In this document: positions 22,526-32,475 of the stretch, piece after piece
Layout of the letters: every line of letters begins with the position of its first letter
Position numbering within the stretch: the stretch's first letter is position 1
NCBI GenBank assembly: GCA_903959855.1
Contig: CAJBYR010000176.1
Coordinates: forward strand, 11,472-75,471
Source of the DNA: an uncultured beta proteobacterium
Lineage (GTDB): Bacteria > Pseudomonadota > Gammaproteobacteria > Burkholderiales > Rhodocyclaceae
DNA: 64,000 bases
Direction: 5' to 3'
Notes under the pieces: model-generated
Database searches by the model: none
What the model was told of the DNA's origin: nothing
What the model saw: the letters and a program-made list of their open reading frames with translations, nothing else
Position numbers and translations under genes: made by a program

Positions 22526-23667
22526 TGGTCCGCATCGCCATGGTGGCGGGTGAGGCCTCCAGTGATCAGCTTGCCGCGCACCTGATAGCTTCGCTGCGAC
22601 AACACCTGCCGGACGCGAATTTTTATGGAATCGGCGGGCCCAAGATGCAACGCGAGGGCTTCCAGTCGCACTGGCCGGCAGAAATGCTTGCCGTGCGAGG
22701 CTACGCCGAGGTACTCAAGCACTACCGCGCCATCACCCGCATGCGCCGCCAGTTCTTGCGCCGCTTGCTCAAGGATAAGCCGGATGTTTTCATCGGCGTC
22801 GATGGGTCGGATTTCAACCTTTGGCTGGAGAAGCGGCTCAAGGCGGCAGGCATACCCACCATTCATTTCGTCAGTCCGTCGATATGGGCCTGGCGCAAGC
22901 AACGGATGGGCAAGATCATCCATTCGGTAAGCCATATCCTGGCACTCTACCCGTTCGAACCCGAGCTCTATCGCGATACGCCCGTCAAGTGCTCCTATGT
23001 GGGCCATCCGCTGGCCGATGTGATCCCGCTGCACTCGGACCGGCATGCGGTGCGGGAGCGTCTGGGTGTGGCGCAGGACCGGCCGGTGATCGCACTGCTT
23101 CCAGGCAGCCGCCAGTCCGAACTGCACTTCATGGCCGACACATTCATTGAAACGGCAAAGTTGTTGCTGGAAAAGCAGCCGCGGCTGCAGTTTCTGGTAC
23201 CTCTGGTTTCGCGCGAAACCCGCGTGCAGTTCGAGACAGCCTTGTGGAAACTGAAGGCCGACGAACTGCCGATCACGCTGATGTTCGGTCATGCGGCTGA
23301 TGCCGTCGCGGCGAGCGATGTCGCCTTGGTCGCCAGCGGCACGGCGACCCTGGAAACCGCCCTGGTGGGCAGGCCGATGGTCATCGCCTACAAGATGTCG
23401 CCCTGGTCGTGGCGCCTGATGCGCGGTATGCGCTACCTGCCCTGGGTAGGTTTGCCGAATATCCTGGCGGGACGATACGTGGTGCCGGAGTTTCTGCAGG
23501 ACGATGCGACCCCCGAGAATCTCGCCCAGGCGCTCGGCAACCTGCTTGTCGACAAACAGGCTGGCGCGGCGATTTCCCGGGTCTTCGAGGGCGTTCATAG
23601 GCTCCTGCGCCAGGATACGTCGAGCCGGGCAGCCGAAGCGGTGCTGCCCTACCTGCAGAGGGCGTGA
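22525..23667 (+). CDS. lpxB: lipid-A-disaccharide synthase
   Basis: 380 aa with N-terminal [18 protein letters not shown], typical of GT19 LpxB. It follows lpxA. Confidence 0.93.
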   Translation: MVRIAMVAGEASSDQLAAHLIASLRQHLPDANFYGIGGPKMQREGFQSHWPAEMLAVRGYAEVLKHYRAITRMRRQFLRRLLKDKPDVFIGVDGSDFNLWLEKRLKAAGIPTIHFVSPSIWAWRKQRMGKIIHSVSHILALYPFEPELYRDTPVKCSYVGHPLADVIPLHSDRHAVRERLGVAQDRPVIALLPGSRQSELHFMADTFIETAKLLLEKQPRLQFLVPLVSRETRVQFETALWKLKADELPITLMFGHAADAVAASDVALVASGTATLETALVGRPMVIAYKMSPWSWRLMRGMRYLPWVGLPNILAGRYVVPEFLQDDATPENLAQALGNLLVDKQAGAAISRVFEGVHRLLRQDTSSRAAEAVLPYLQRA

Positions 23668-24239
23668 TGCATCTCGTGTGCGGCGTTGACGAGGCAGGGC
23701 GCGGACCGCTTGCCGGCCCCGTGTATGCCGCTGCGGTGATTCTTGATCCCCACAGGCCCATTGCCGGTCTGGCGGATTCAAAGAAACTTTCGGAGCGCAA
23801 GCGCGAAGCCCTCGCCATCATGATCAGGGAGCGCGCCTTGTCCTGGAGCATTGCGTCGTCCTCGGTTGAGGAGATAGATGAGCTGAACATCCTGCAAGCG
23901 ACAATGCTGGCGATGCAACGGGCCGTTGAAGCGCTTGCCCGGACGCCGGCCGAGGCACTCATCGACGGCAATCGCTGCCCCCGGTTGGCGATGCCGGCGC
24001 GCGCAATCATTCGCGGTGACGCAAGCGAACCTGCGATCTCCGCTGCGTCGATTCTGGCCAAGACCGCGCGCGATGCCGAAATGCGCCTGATCCATGAGGC
24101 ATATCCCGGTTACGGTCTGGATCGTCACAAAGGTTACGATACCGCGGTGCACCGCGCGGCGCTCGCGCGCCTGGGCCCCGCGCCGTTTCATCGCCGCAGC
24201 TTCGCCCCGGTCCGGGCGCTCCTCGACGCATCGAGGTGA
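23664..24239 (+). CDS. rnhB: ribonuclease HII
   Basis: [16 protein letters not shown] and DSKKLSE motifs. 191 aa. ATGA overlap with lpxB. Confidence 0.93.
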   Translation: MMHLVCGVDEAGRGPLAGPVYAAAVILDPHRPIAGLADSKKLSERKREALAIMIRERALSWSIASSSVEEIDELNILQATMLAMQRAVEALARTPAEALIDGNRCPRLAMPARAIIRGDASEPAISAASILAKTARDAEMRLIHEAYPGYGLDRHKGYDTAVHRAALARLGPAPFHRRSFAPVRALLDASR

Positions 24240-24243
24240 ATCG

Positions 24244-25044
24244 ATGGCAGTCATCGCATCGCGTCAGAACTCCCGCTACAAAGCCCTGCGCGCGCTGGTT
24301 GAAGATCCCCGGCGTCATGGCCGGGCGCTGGCCGACGGGATACATCTGGTGACGGTCTGTCTTGAGCGCAAGGCCGCGCTTGCCCAACTGCTGGTCAGCG
24401 AAACCGGAACCCGAAATCGGGAGATTTCAGCCTTGCTGGAGCGCGCATCGGGGACGGAGTCTCTGACGCTGAGCGACGCCTTGTTTCGCGAATTGACCGG
24501 CATAGCGTCACCGACCGGGATTGCCGCCGTGATTGAAATCCCGGCGCCGGTGAATTCACCGTTGGCTGGCGACGCCGTGCTGCTTGAAGCGGTGCAAGAC
24601 GCCGGCAATGTCGGTGCCATACTGCGTACCGCAGCGGCGGCCGGCATTCAGGACGTGCTGCTTGGCCCGGGTTGCGCCGGTGCCTGGAGCATGCGTGTAC
24701 TTCGGGCTGCGCAGGGAGCTCATTTTTCGCTGGCGATTCGTGAGCAGGCTGATCTGTCCGCAGCGCTCGTGGAATGTTCTGCGCTATCCATTGCCACGGT
24801 CGCGAGCGGTGGCGTCGACTTGTACGACGCCAATCTCGCGGGGCCGGTGTTATGGCTGTTGGGCAATGAAGGCGCCGGATTGTCCGCCCCCATCCTGACG
24901 GCCGCGGGGATGCGGGCAACAATTCCTCTTGCGGCCGGAACGGAATCGCTGAATGTTGCCGCGGCTGCCGCAATCTGCCTGTTCGAGATGCGCCGGCAGC
25001 GCTACAAAGCAAAAGAGCCCGCACGCGGCGGGCTCTTTTGCTAA
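24244..25044 (+). CDS. TrmH/SpoU family RNA 2'-O-methyltransferase
   Basis: Start chosen at ATG 24244 (MAVIASRQNSRYKAL...) within ORF 24094..25044. SpoU motifs are present: VQDAGNVGAILRTAAAAG, LLGNEGAGLS and IPLAAGTESLNVAAAAAICLFE. Confidence 0.8.
   Translation: MAVIASRQNSRYKALRALVEDPRRHGRALADGIHLVTVCLERKAALAQLLVSETGTRNREISALLERASGTESLTLSDALFRELTGIASPTGIAAVIEIPAPVNSPLAGDAVLLEAVQDAGNVGAILRTAAAAGIQDVLLGPGCAGAWSMRVLRAAQGAHFSLAIREQADLSAALVECSALSIATVASGGVDLYDANLAGPVLWLLGNEGAGLSAPILTAAGMRATIPLAAGTESLNVAAAAAICLFEMRRQRYKAKEPARGGLFC
25011..25039. terminator. bidirectional rho-independent terminator between the convergent trmH-like and HU genes
   Basis: AAAAGAGCCCGC-acgc-GGCGGGCTCTTTT has a GC stem (gagcccgc/gcgggctc) flanked by an A-tract and a T-tract. 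It overlaps the last codons of the trmH-like ORF and lies 21 nt from the HU stop. Confidence 0.5.
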
Positions 25045-25059
25045 GCAGCGAGGAGCGGA

Positions 25060-25356
25060 TTACTTCTTCTTTGCGGCCTTCTTGCCTGCGACAGCGGACT
25101 TGAACCCGGCGCCGGCGGTGAAGCGCGGCACGGTGGTCGCGGCGATTTTCAGTTCCTTTCCGGTTTGCGGATTGCGGCCAACGCGAGCAGCGCGCTTCGA
25201 TGACTTGAACGTACCAAAGCCGACGAGCGTTACGGTGTCGCCCTTGGCTACAGCTTTGACGATGGCAGCCATCGCGGCAGACAGCGCCTTCTCGGCGGCG
25301 GCCTTGCTGATGTCGGCTTCCTTGGCGGTGATTTCGATCAGTTCAGATTTGTTCAT
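25060..25356 (-). CDS. DNA-binding protein HU with a Lys-rich C-terminal tail
   Basis: This is the last 98 codons of the track ORF 25060..26511. MNKSELIEITAKEADISKAAAEKALSAAMAAIVKAVAKGDTVTLVGFGTFKSSKRAARVGRNPQTGKELKIAATTVPRFTAGAGFK is canonical HU. AGGAGG lies 6 nt upstream of ATG 25356. Confidence 0.9.
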   Translation of the reverse strand: MNKSELIEITAKEADISKAAAEKALSAAMAAIVKAVAKGDTVTLVGFGTFKSSKRAARVGRNPQTGKELKIAATTVPRFTAGAGFKSAVAGKKAAKKK

Positions 25357-25674
25357 GTATGACCTCCTGAGGATTGGTGATGACAGTGGAGCGAAGAATT
25401 CCGTGCAAATGGTAGCGCAGTGTAGTCGAAGATTCTTTGTCTGGATCAACTTTTTTGCATGTTTTCCGCCCGTCTGTTGGTGGCGCGCATCCATTTTTTG
25501 TGCCTGCCTTCGCCGTCGACTCCCGGCGCAATCCGGATGGACCGAGACGCCGGGCAAATCAGAAAAGGCGATAAGATATCTCCCCGCTTTGGCGAAGGTC
25601 TCGGTTTGGCTTGCCGGCCAACAAATGGGTCGGCCGGGATGCCTTGGTCTGGCCAACTGATTGCGTAAAGACAC

Positions 25675-26364
25675 ATGTATTTGCTTGGGATTGAGACAGC
25701 CACGCGACACCTGTCCGTGGCCCTTTGGCAGGACGAAAACATCCTTGTGCGCGGCAGCGAACTGCCCAATGGCGGTTCCGGGCAGGTCCTGCCCTGGGTG
25801 CATGAACTGCTGGCCGAGGCTGGCATCACGGCGGTGCAACTGGACGGCGTTGCCTTTGGCGCGGGCCCCGGCAGTTTTACCGGCCTGCGCATGGCCTGTG
25901 GCATAGCCCAGGGGCTGGCTTGGGGTCTGGGCATACCGCTGCTGCCGGTGTCGACGCTGGAGGCCTTGGCACTGGCATCCGGGCGTGATCGGGTGTGGGC
26001 CTGCCTTGATGCCCGCATGAACGAAATCTACTGCGCGGCTTACGCAGTGGGCGGGAATGGCGTATCCGAATTGCTGGCCCCGGTGTGCGTGCCTCCCGCC
26101 GTGGCGCCAGCGCCGACTCTCGACGGAGTCTGGGGTGTTGGCGATGGATTTGCCACCTATGGCCAGCTGCTGTCGGCGCGCAAGCCGGATTTGGCGGGGG
26201 TTGATGGGGCGGCCATTCCTACCGCTGCGGCGGTGTTGCGCATTGCCGCGCCGCGCTTTGCCGCCGGCCTTGGCGGGATGGCGGTTTCGGCCCAGCCGAT
26301 CTACGTGCGTGACAAGGTTGCCCTGACCACGGCCGAGCGTCTCGCACGCGGAGGTGTCAGGTGA
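25675..26364 (+). CDS. tsaB: tRNA t6A37 threonylcarbamoyl-transfer protein TsaB (YeaZ)
   Basis: The YeaZ-like pattern is MYLLGIETATRHLSVAL...GPGSFTGLRMACGIAQGLA. 229 aa. It is followed by rimI, as in many bacteria. Confidence 0.88.
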   Translation: MYLLGIETATRHLSVALWQDENILVRGSELPNGGSGQVLPWVHELLAEAGITAVQLDGVAFGAGPGSFTGLRMACGIAQGLAWGLGIPLLPVSTLEALALASGRDRVWACLDARMNEIYCAAYAVGGNGVSELLAPVCVPPAVAPAPTLDGVWGVGDGFATYGQLLSARKPDLAGVDGAAIPTAAAVLRIAAPRFAAGLGGMAVSAQPIYVRDKVALTTAERLARGGVR

Positions 26365-26804
26365 TACCTTGCTACGTTCCGATGTTGCCGATCGATCTTG
26401 ATGCCGTGACTGACGCCGAACAGCGATGCCATGGATTCCCCTGGACCCGGGGCAATTTCGCCGATTCGCTTGCGGCCGGCTATGGCGCCTGGCTTGCGCG
26501 CGAGGAAGCACACATGACCGGTTACGCAGTCATGATGCGGGCCCCGGACGAGGCGCACCTGCTCAACATCACGATACTTCCCGATTTGCAGCGCAAAGGC
26601 CGGGGTTCGGCGTTGCTGCGCCACCTTTTTGACCAGGCGCGCACCTGGGGGGCGACGCGCATGTTGCTTGAAGTACGCCCCGGCAATGCCTCCGGCCTCG
26701 CCCTGTATCGTCGCCACGATTTTTCCGAGATTGGTCGCCGTCGCGACTACTACCCGGCCGGGGCTGGCCGCGAAGACGCCATTGTCATGGCGCGGGCGCT
26801 ATGA
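26361..26804 (+). CDS. rimI: ribosomal-protein-alanine N-acetyltransferase (GNAT)
   Basis: 147 aa with a GNAT acetyl-CoA motif (LQRKGRGSALLRHL). 4-nt overlap with tsaB. Confidence 0.85.
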   Translation: MIPCYVPMLPIDLDAVTDAEQRCHGFPWTRGNFADSLAAGYGAWLAREEAHMTGYAVMMRAPDEAHLLNITILPDLQRKGRGSALLRHLFDQARTWGATRMLLEVRPGNASGLALYRRHDFSEIGRRRDYYPAGAGREDAIVMARAL

Positions 26805-27520
26805 ACCCGGGTCGCGATCGCTGTCTGCACGAGATGGGCCTGGGGCCGCTGTGGAAGCTACGCACGATGCAAGTGCCCCTGGAAGCCGCGCAAGAGCCAT
26901 CCATCGCAGAAGAGCCGGTTACGATTCCACCACCCGTAGCGGCAACTGCCGCGCAGGTCACGGATTGGGATTCTTTGGCGGCCGCGGTGCGTGACTGCCG
27001 CAAGTGCCGCCTGTGTTCGGCGCGCAAACAGGCCGTGCTTGGTGTCGGCGACGTCAATGCCGACTGGCTGTTCGTGGGTGAGGGACCAGGTGCCGAGGAG
27101 GATCAGCGCGGCGAGCCCTTCGTTGGTCAGGCCGGGAAACTGCTCGACAACATGCTGGCGGCGATCGGGCTGCGCCGCGGCAGCGATGTCTATATCGCCA
27201 ATGCCGTGAAGTGCCGTCCGCCGGAGAATCGCACGCCTGAGACGGAGGAGATGGAGGCCTGCCGGCCTTACCTTGAGTGTCAGATTGCCCTGATCCGGCC
27301 GAAGTTGATTGTTGCCCTTGGTCGCCCGGCAGCACAGACCCTGCTGAAAACCGAGGTCAAGATCGCTGCGGCGCGTGGAAGGCTTCACGAGTATCTGGGC
27401 ATCCCGCTGATAGTCACGTATCACCCCGCCTACCTGCTGCGCAATCTTCCGGACAAATCCAAGGCCTGGGAAGACCTTTGTTTCATGCGCAGAGAGATGG
27501 CGAAACTGAAAGGGAGCTGA
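26801..27520 (+). CDS. uracil-DNA glycosylase, family 4
   Basis: C-x2-C (CRKCRLC), GEGPGAEED, and HPAYLLRN near the C-terminus. 239 aa. Confidence 0.85.
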   Translation: MNPGRDRCLHEMGLGPLWKLRTMQVPLEAAQEPSIAEEPVTIPPPVAATAAQVTDWDSLAAAVRDCRKCRLCSARKQAVLGVGDVNADWLFVGEGPGAEEDQRGEPFVGQAGKLLDNMLAAIGLRRGSDVYIANAVKCRPPENRTPETEEMEACRPYLECQIALIRPKLIVALGRPAAQTLLKTEVKIAAARGRLHEYLGIPLIVTYHPAYLLRNLPDKSKAWEDLCFMRREMAKLKGS

Positions 27521-27562
27521 TGGAACGCACCCCAGGCCCGGTCAAGCGGTAGAACCGCGGAT

Positions 27563-28828
27563 TCAGTGGTGGGCGGAGTCGTCCAGCCCCGCGACATCGT
27601 CGCGCTGGCGCTGATTGAGTTCGTGGCGCAACTTGACCAGCCACATGGTGCCTGCGACCAGTAAGCCGAATAGGGCAATGATCCAATAGATGTGCAGATT
27701 TGCCCGAATCAGCAATGAGTAGCTGGTGGTCATGATCAGGATGGACAGGTTCTCGTTGAAGTTCTGCACGGCGATCGAATGTCCGGCTCCCATCAGGATG
27801 TGGCCACGATGCTGCAGCAACGCATTCATCGGCACCACGAAAAACCCCGAGGCCATGCCAATCAGCACCAGCAACGGCGCGGCCACCCAGAAGTCACGTA
27901 CCGCGACCATGACCAGCACACCGACGCCCATGGCGATACCGAGCGGAATCACGCGTACCGATTTGCGCAGGGTGATCCACTTCGCCGCCATTACGGCCCC
28001 AATCGCGACACCGATGGCAACAATGCCCTGCAGCATGCTGGCCTTGGACAAGTCAAGGTTGAGCGAGACGCGCGCCCATTCCAGGACAATGAACTGCAGG
28101 GTGGCGCCGGCACCCCAGAACAAGGTGGTCACGGCCAGCGAGACCTGCCCGAGCTTGTCGCGCCAGAGCAGTTTGAGACAGTGATTGAATTCGTGCAGCA
28201 GGTAGATCGGGTTCTTTTTCAGCGGCTTGTGGTCGACGCCGGTATCGGGAATGTAAAGATTGAATGCGGCAGCGATCAAGTAAAGCGCGCCGATGATGCT
28301 GAGGTTCATTTCGGCGACGGTGTCGATGCCGGTGTCCAACACCGGAAAGTCCAGGCTCAGCAGACCGTACGCAATTTCAGGCTTGATCATGGCGCCGCCG
28401 AGAACGACGCCAAGGATGATGGCACCAACCGTAAGGCCTTCGATCCAGCCGTTGGCCACGACCAGCAGGCGATGGGGCAGGTATTCCGTGAGAATGCCGT
28501 ATTTCGCCGGTGAGTAGGCGGCCGCGCCAAGGCCGACGACGGCATATGCGACCAGCGGATGCACATGGAAAAACATCAGTGAGCACCCGAAAATCTTGAT
28601 GCCGTTGCTGATGAACATCACGCGCCACTTCGGCATGGAGTCAGCGAAGGCACCGACAAACGCAGCCAGCGCCACATAGGACACTGTGAAAAATGTTTTC
28701 AGCAGGGGTTCGTATTCCGCCGGCGCATGCATGTCGCGCAGGATGGCTATGGCGGCAATCAACAATGCGTTGTCGGCGAGCGCGGAAAAAAACTGCGCCG
28801 CCATGATGGTATAGAAACCGGCGTTCAT
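27563..28828 (-). CDS. lplT: lysophospholipid transporter LplT-like MFS protein
   Basis: 421-aa, 12-helix-type membrane protein. The N-terminus FYTIMAAQFFSALADNALLIAAI is typical of LplT. Confidence 0.75.
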   Translation of the reverse strand: MNAGFYTIMAAQFFSALADNALLIAAIAILRDMHAPAEYEPLLKTFFTVSYVALAAFVGAFADSMPKWRVMFISNGIKIFGCSLMFFHVHPLVAYAVVGLGAAAYSPAKYGILTEYLPHRLLVVANGWIEGLTVGAIILGVVLGGAMIKPEIAYGLLSLDFPVLDTGIDTVAEMNLSIIGALYLIAAAFNLYIPDTGVDHKPLKKNPIYLLHEFNHCLKLLWRDKLGQVSLAVTTLFWGAGATLQFIVLEWARVSLNLDLSKASMLQGIVAIGVAIGAVMAAKWITLRKSVRVIPLGIAMGVGVLVMVAVRDFWVAAPLLVLIGMASGFFVVPMNALLQHRGHILMGAGHSIAVQNFNENLSILIMTTSYSLLIRANLHIYWIIALFGLLVAGTMWLVKLRHELNQRQRDDVAGLDDSAHH

Positions 28829-28996
28829 TGCGTGGGCCGTTGCCGCAGCCTGATTCGAAGGTCACGGTTTATAGCACGAAAGGTATTGCGCTTCTTTGAT
28901 GTTGCGGCGCCGCAGAGCTCATAAATTGCGCTCATACCCAATCATTTGTGATTGAATAAGGTCTGGCGGCGATTCATTCAGTTAAAGGGTGGTTTT

Positions 28997-29911
28997 ATGG
29001 CCGATCGGCGGCTTCAGGTATTTCATGCGGTGGCCAAGCAATTGTCGTTCACCAAGGCGGCTGAGGTCTTGTTCATGACCCAGCCGGCGGTGACATTCCA
29101 GATCAAGCAACTGGAAGAGCATTTCAATACCCGGCTGTTCGACCGTGGCCACGGTCGCATTACCTTGACGCCGGCCGGCGAGGTGGTTCTCGGTTACGCG
29201 GAACGCATACTTGGCCTGGCGTCCGAAATGGACGTTCGCCTCTCCGAGCTTACCGGTGAGATCGGCGGGTCGCTGATGGTCGGGGCCTCGACCACCATTG
29301 CCGAGTTCATGCTCCCCGGCATCCTCGGCGAATTCAAGTCGACGTTTCCCAATGTGCGTTCGCGGCTGATCGTCGGCAATTCGGAATCCATCGAAAACCG
29401 CGTGCTGGAACACACCATCGACATCGGCTTCATCGAATCACTGTCGCACGAGCCCAATCTGGAATGCGAAGTTTGTTGCGACGATGAACTGGTGGTTATC
29501 TGCCATCCACGTTTCCCGCTGGCACGCCACAAGGAATTGACGCCGCAGAAGCTCCTTGAGCATCCCTTTATTTCGCGCGAACCGGGGTCCGGTACCCGCG
29601 AGTTTACCGAGAACTATCTGCGCAGTGCCGGCGTTGCGCTGGATCAGATGAATGTCGTGATGGAACTGGGCAGCCCGATTGCGCTGAATGGCGTAGTGCA
29701 GACCGGGTTGGGCTTCGCCATCGCGTCGCGCGTATCGGTAAGCAAAGAGCAACGGCTTGGCGACATTGTGGCGATTCCGCTCAAGCCGCGCCTGATACGT
29801 ACCTTGTCGATGGTTTATCCCAAGGAAAAATTCCGTTCGCGGCTCGTTGCAAGCTTCGTCGAATTTGCCTCAACAAGACTGCGCGCGCTGATTGCCAAAA
29901 AGCCTGTCTAG
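28997..29911 (+). CDS. LysR family transcriptional regulator
   Basis: Start chosen at ATG 28997. The LysR HTH is LQVFHAVAKQLSFTKAAEVLFMTQPAVTFQIKQLEEHF. It is divergent from lplT. Confidence 0.85.
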   Translation: MADRRLQVFHAVAKQLSFTKAAEVLFMTQPAVTFQIKQLEEHFNTRLFDRGHGRITLTPAGEVVLGYAERILGLASEMDVRLSELTGEIGGSLMVGASTTIAEFMLPGILGEFKSTFPNVRSRLIVGNSESIENRVLEHTIDIGFIESLSHEPNLECEVCCDDELVVICHPRFPLARHKELTPQKLLEHPFISREPGSGTREFTENYLRSAGVALDQMNVVMELGSPIALNGVVQTGLGFAIASRVSVSKEQRLGDIVAIPLKPRLIRTLSMVYPKEKFRSRLVASFVEFASTRLRALIAKKPV

Positions 29912-29967
29912 GGCATTGCGTCCTTCATGAACACACCATCCCGTTGGTTTGCCGGCGGCGACTGAAC

Positions 29968-31059
29968 ATGGCCCGCCCCGTACGCGCGCGCCTCGACTGG
30001 AATGCGCTGCGCCATAACCACGGTGTCGTCAGACATCATGCCGGTCGGTCCCGGGTCTGGAGCGTGGTCAAGGCCGATGCTTACGGACATGGACTGCTGG
30101 GCGCGGCAAAGGCACTCGCGGAGATCACCGACGGCTTTGCGCTGGTGGAACTGGAGGGAGCGATGGCATTGCGCGATGCCGGTTTCCGTCATCCCATCCT
30201 GATGCTCGAGGGGCCTTATCAGCCCGAGGATTTCGCGCTCTGCTCCGAGTTGGAACTCACCCCCGTGCTGCATACCGGTTGGCAGGTCGATGCGCTGATC
30301 CGCGCCGGATTGCCGCGACGCCAGCCGATATACCTGAAACTGAACACCGGCATGAATCGTCTGGGGTTCAATGCCGATGAATTTGCGTCGGCACTCGACA
30401 AAATGGTTGCTGCGGATTGCCTGGAGTCGGTGGTGCTGATGACGCATTTCTCCGATGCGGACGAAGCCCGCGGCATCGGCGTGCAGATGGAACGTTTTCA
30501 GGCCATCGCCGGAGGACGTTCCCTGCCGGCGTCGCTGGCGAATTCCGCGGCCATCCTGCGCTTCCCGGAAGCCCATGCCGACTGGGTGCGGCCGGGCATC
30601 ATGCTGTACGGCTCATCACCTTTCCCAGGCATGAAATCGGCGGCCGGGATCGGTTTGCGCCCGGTAATGACGCTGGAAAGCGAGATCATCGCCGTGCGCA
30701 ATCTCGTTGCGGGCGATACGGTGGGTTACGGCAGCAGCTTTGTCGCGGTGGAATCGATGCGCGTCGGCATTGTCGCCTGCGGCTACGCCGACGGTTACCC
30801 GCGCCATGCGCCCACCGGCACCCCGGTGATCGTCGCCGGCCGGCGTACGCGCACGCTGGGCCGGGTTTCCATGGACAAGATCTGCATCGACCTTGAGGGA
30901 CTTCCGCCGGAAGTCGGCGTTGGCGACACGGTGACATTGTGGGGAGGCGAGGGGGAGATGTACCTTCCGGCCGACGAGGTTGCCCTGGCGGCTGGTACGG
31001 TCGCCTATGAACTTTTTTGTGCTCTGGCGTCACGCGTTCCGCTCGAGGAAATCAATTGA
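29968..31059 (+). CDS. alr: alanine racemase
   Basis: It has the PLP-lysine motif VVKADAYGHG and C-terminal GRVSMD. Start chosen at ATG 29968 (MARPVRARLDW...). Confidence 0.9.
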   Translation: MARPVRARLDWNALRHNHGVVRHHAGRSRVWSVVKADAYGHGLLGAAKALAEITDGFALVELEGAMALRDAGFRHPILMLEGPYQPEDFALCSELELTPVLHTGWQVDALIRAGLPRRQPIYLKLNTGMNRLGFNADEFASALDKMVAADCLESVVLMTHFSDADEARGIGVQMERFQAIAGGRSLPASLANSAAILRFPEAHADWVRPGIMLYGSSPFPGMKSAAGIGLRPVMTLESEIIAVRNLVAGDTVGYGSSFVAVESMRVGIVACGYADGYPRHAPTGTPVIVAGRRTRTLGRVSMDKICIDLEGLPPEVGVGDTVTLWGGEGEMYLPADEVALAAGTVAYELFCALASRVPLEEIN

Positions 31060-31104
31060 TTTCATCTGCACCGAGCGGGATGCCACAGCCCGTTCGGAAC
31101 TGAC

Positions 31105-32475
31105 ATGGGCGCCAAGGCCAAAACCCAGTATTCCTGCACCGAGTGCGCTACGGCAATGCCCAAGTGGCAGGGCCAGTGTCCGGGTTGCGGGCAATGGAAT
31201 ACGCTGGTCGAAGCGGTGATCGATTCGCCGCAGGCGGCCAAGCGCAATTTCGCGGCGCTGGGCGGCAGCAGCGGGGTGCAGGCACTGGCGGCGATCCGTG
31301 CCCAGGAAGAAGCGCGTCAGGCCACGGGTGTCGAGGAGTTCGACAGGGTGCTCGGCGGCGGCCTGGTTGCCGGCGGCGTGGTGCTGATCGGCGGCGATCC
31401 CGGCATCGGTAAGTCCACCCTGTTGCTGCAAGCGCTGGCACGGCTGGCCCAGACCGGGCAGAAGGTGCTTTACGTTTCCGGCGAAGAGTCCGGCGAGCAG
31501 GTCGCGCTGCGCGCGCAGCGCCTGCAACTCGACGTTGCCGGCATGCAATTGCTGGCCGAGATCAATGCCGAAAGGATACTTTCGACCCTGCTGGAACTGC
31601 GGCCTGCGGTGGCCGTGATCGACTCGATTCAAACCGTCTGGTCTGATGCGCTGCAGTCGGCTCCCGGGTCGGTGGCCCAGGTTCGCGAGTGTGCGGCGCA
31701 ACTGACGCGCTTTGCCAAGCAGTCGGGGACCTGCGTGATCCTGGTCGGACACGTCACCAAGGAGGGCAGCCTGGCCGGGCCGCGTGTGCTTGAGCACATG
31801 GTCGACACGGTGCTGTACTTCGAAGGGGATACCCATTCCGCCTTTCGCCTGGTGCGCGCGGTGAAAAACCGCTTCGGCGCCGTGAATGAACTCGGCGTTT
31901 TCGCGATGACCGAAAAGGGTTTGCGTGGTGTCGCCAATCCCTCCGCCCTGTTCCTCTCGCAGCATTCGCTCGAGGTTTCCGGCTCCTGCGTGCTGTGCAC
32001 CCAGGAGGGTACGCGCCCCTTGCTGGTGGAGATCCAGGCCCTGGTGGATGGCTCGCTGTCGCCGAGTCCGCGCCGGCTCAGCGTCGGCTTGGACCAGAAC
32101 CGGCTGGCGATGCTGCTGGCGGTACTGCATCGCCATGCCGGCATCGTCTGCGGCGACCAGGATGTGTTCGTTAATGCCGTCGGCGGGGTGCGCATTTCCG
32201 AGCCGGCGGCCGACCTGGCCGTGTTGCTGGCGATCGTCTCATCGCTGCGCAACAAGCCCTTGCCGGGCAAGCTGGTAGTGTTCGGCGAGGTCGGTCTGGC
32301 CGGTGAAATCCGGCCCGCGCCGCGTGGCCAGGAGCGCTTGCGCGAGGCCGCCAAGCTTGGTTTCACGCATGCCATGGTGCCCAAGTCAAACGCGCCCCGG
32401 CAGGCCATCAAGGGACTGGAAGTGATCGCCCTCGACCGCGTCGAAGAGGCCATCGAGCGGATGCGCAGCTGGTGA
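31105..32475 (+). CDS. radA: DNA repair protein RadA
   Basis: It has a C4 zinc finger (CTECATAMPKWQGQCPGCGQWNT), Walker A (GGDPGIGKST), the KNRFG motif and a Lon-protease-like C-terminal domain. Confidence 0.95.
   Translation: MGAKAKTQYSCTECATAMPKWQGQCPGCGQWNTLVEAVIDSPQAAKRNFAALGGSSGVQALAAIRAQEEARQATGVEEFDRVLGGGLVAGGVVLIGGDPGIGKSTLLLQALARLAQTGQKVLYVSGEESGEQVALRAQRLQLDVAGMQLLAEINAERILSTLLELRPAVAVIDSIQTVWSDALQSAPGSVAQVRECAAQLTRFAKQSGTCVILVGHVTKEGSLAGPRVLEHMVDTVLYFEGDTHSAFRLVRAVKNRFGAVNELGVFAMTEKGLRGVANPSALFLSQHSLEVSGSCVLCTQEGTRPLLVEIQALVDGSLSPSPRRLSVGLDQNRLAMLLAVLHRHAGIVCGDQDVFVNAVGGVRISEPAADLAVLLAIVSSLRNKPLPGKLVVFGEVGLAGEIRPAPRGQERLREAAKLGFTHAMVPKSNAPRQAIKGLEVIALDRVEEAIERMRSW

Noticed and set aside
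25357-26511. Upstream 385 codons of the 483-aa minus-strand ORF that ends in the HU sequence
   Set aside because: Only the last 98 codons are HU, with a strong AGGAGG RBS before the internal ATG at 25356. The remainder is antisense to tsaB and has Arg/Gly/Pro-rich junk composition.
31071-31098. Possible third, degenerate copy of the GAGCG...CCGTTCGG repeat upstream of radA (gagcgggatgccacagcccgttcggaac)
   Set aside because: Only about 14 nt are similar, and that needs an indel. There is no following GC hairpin. This is compatible with chance in GC-rich DNA.
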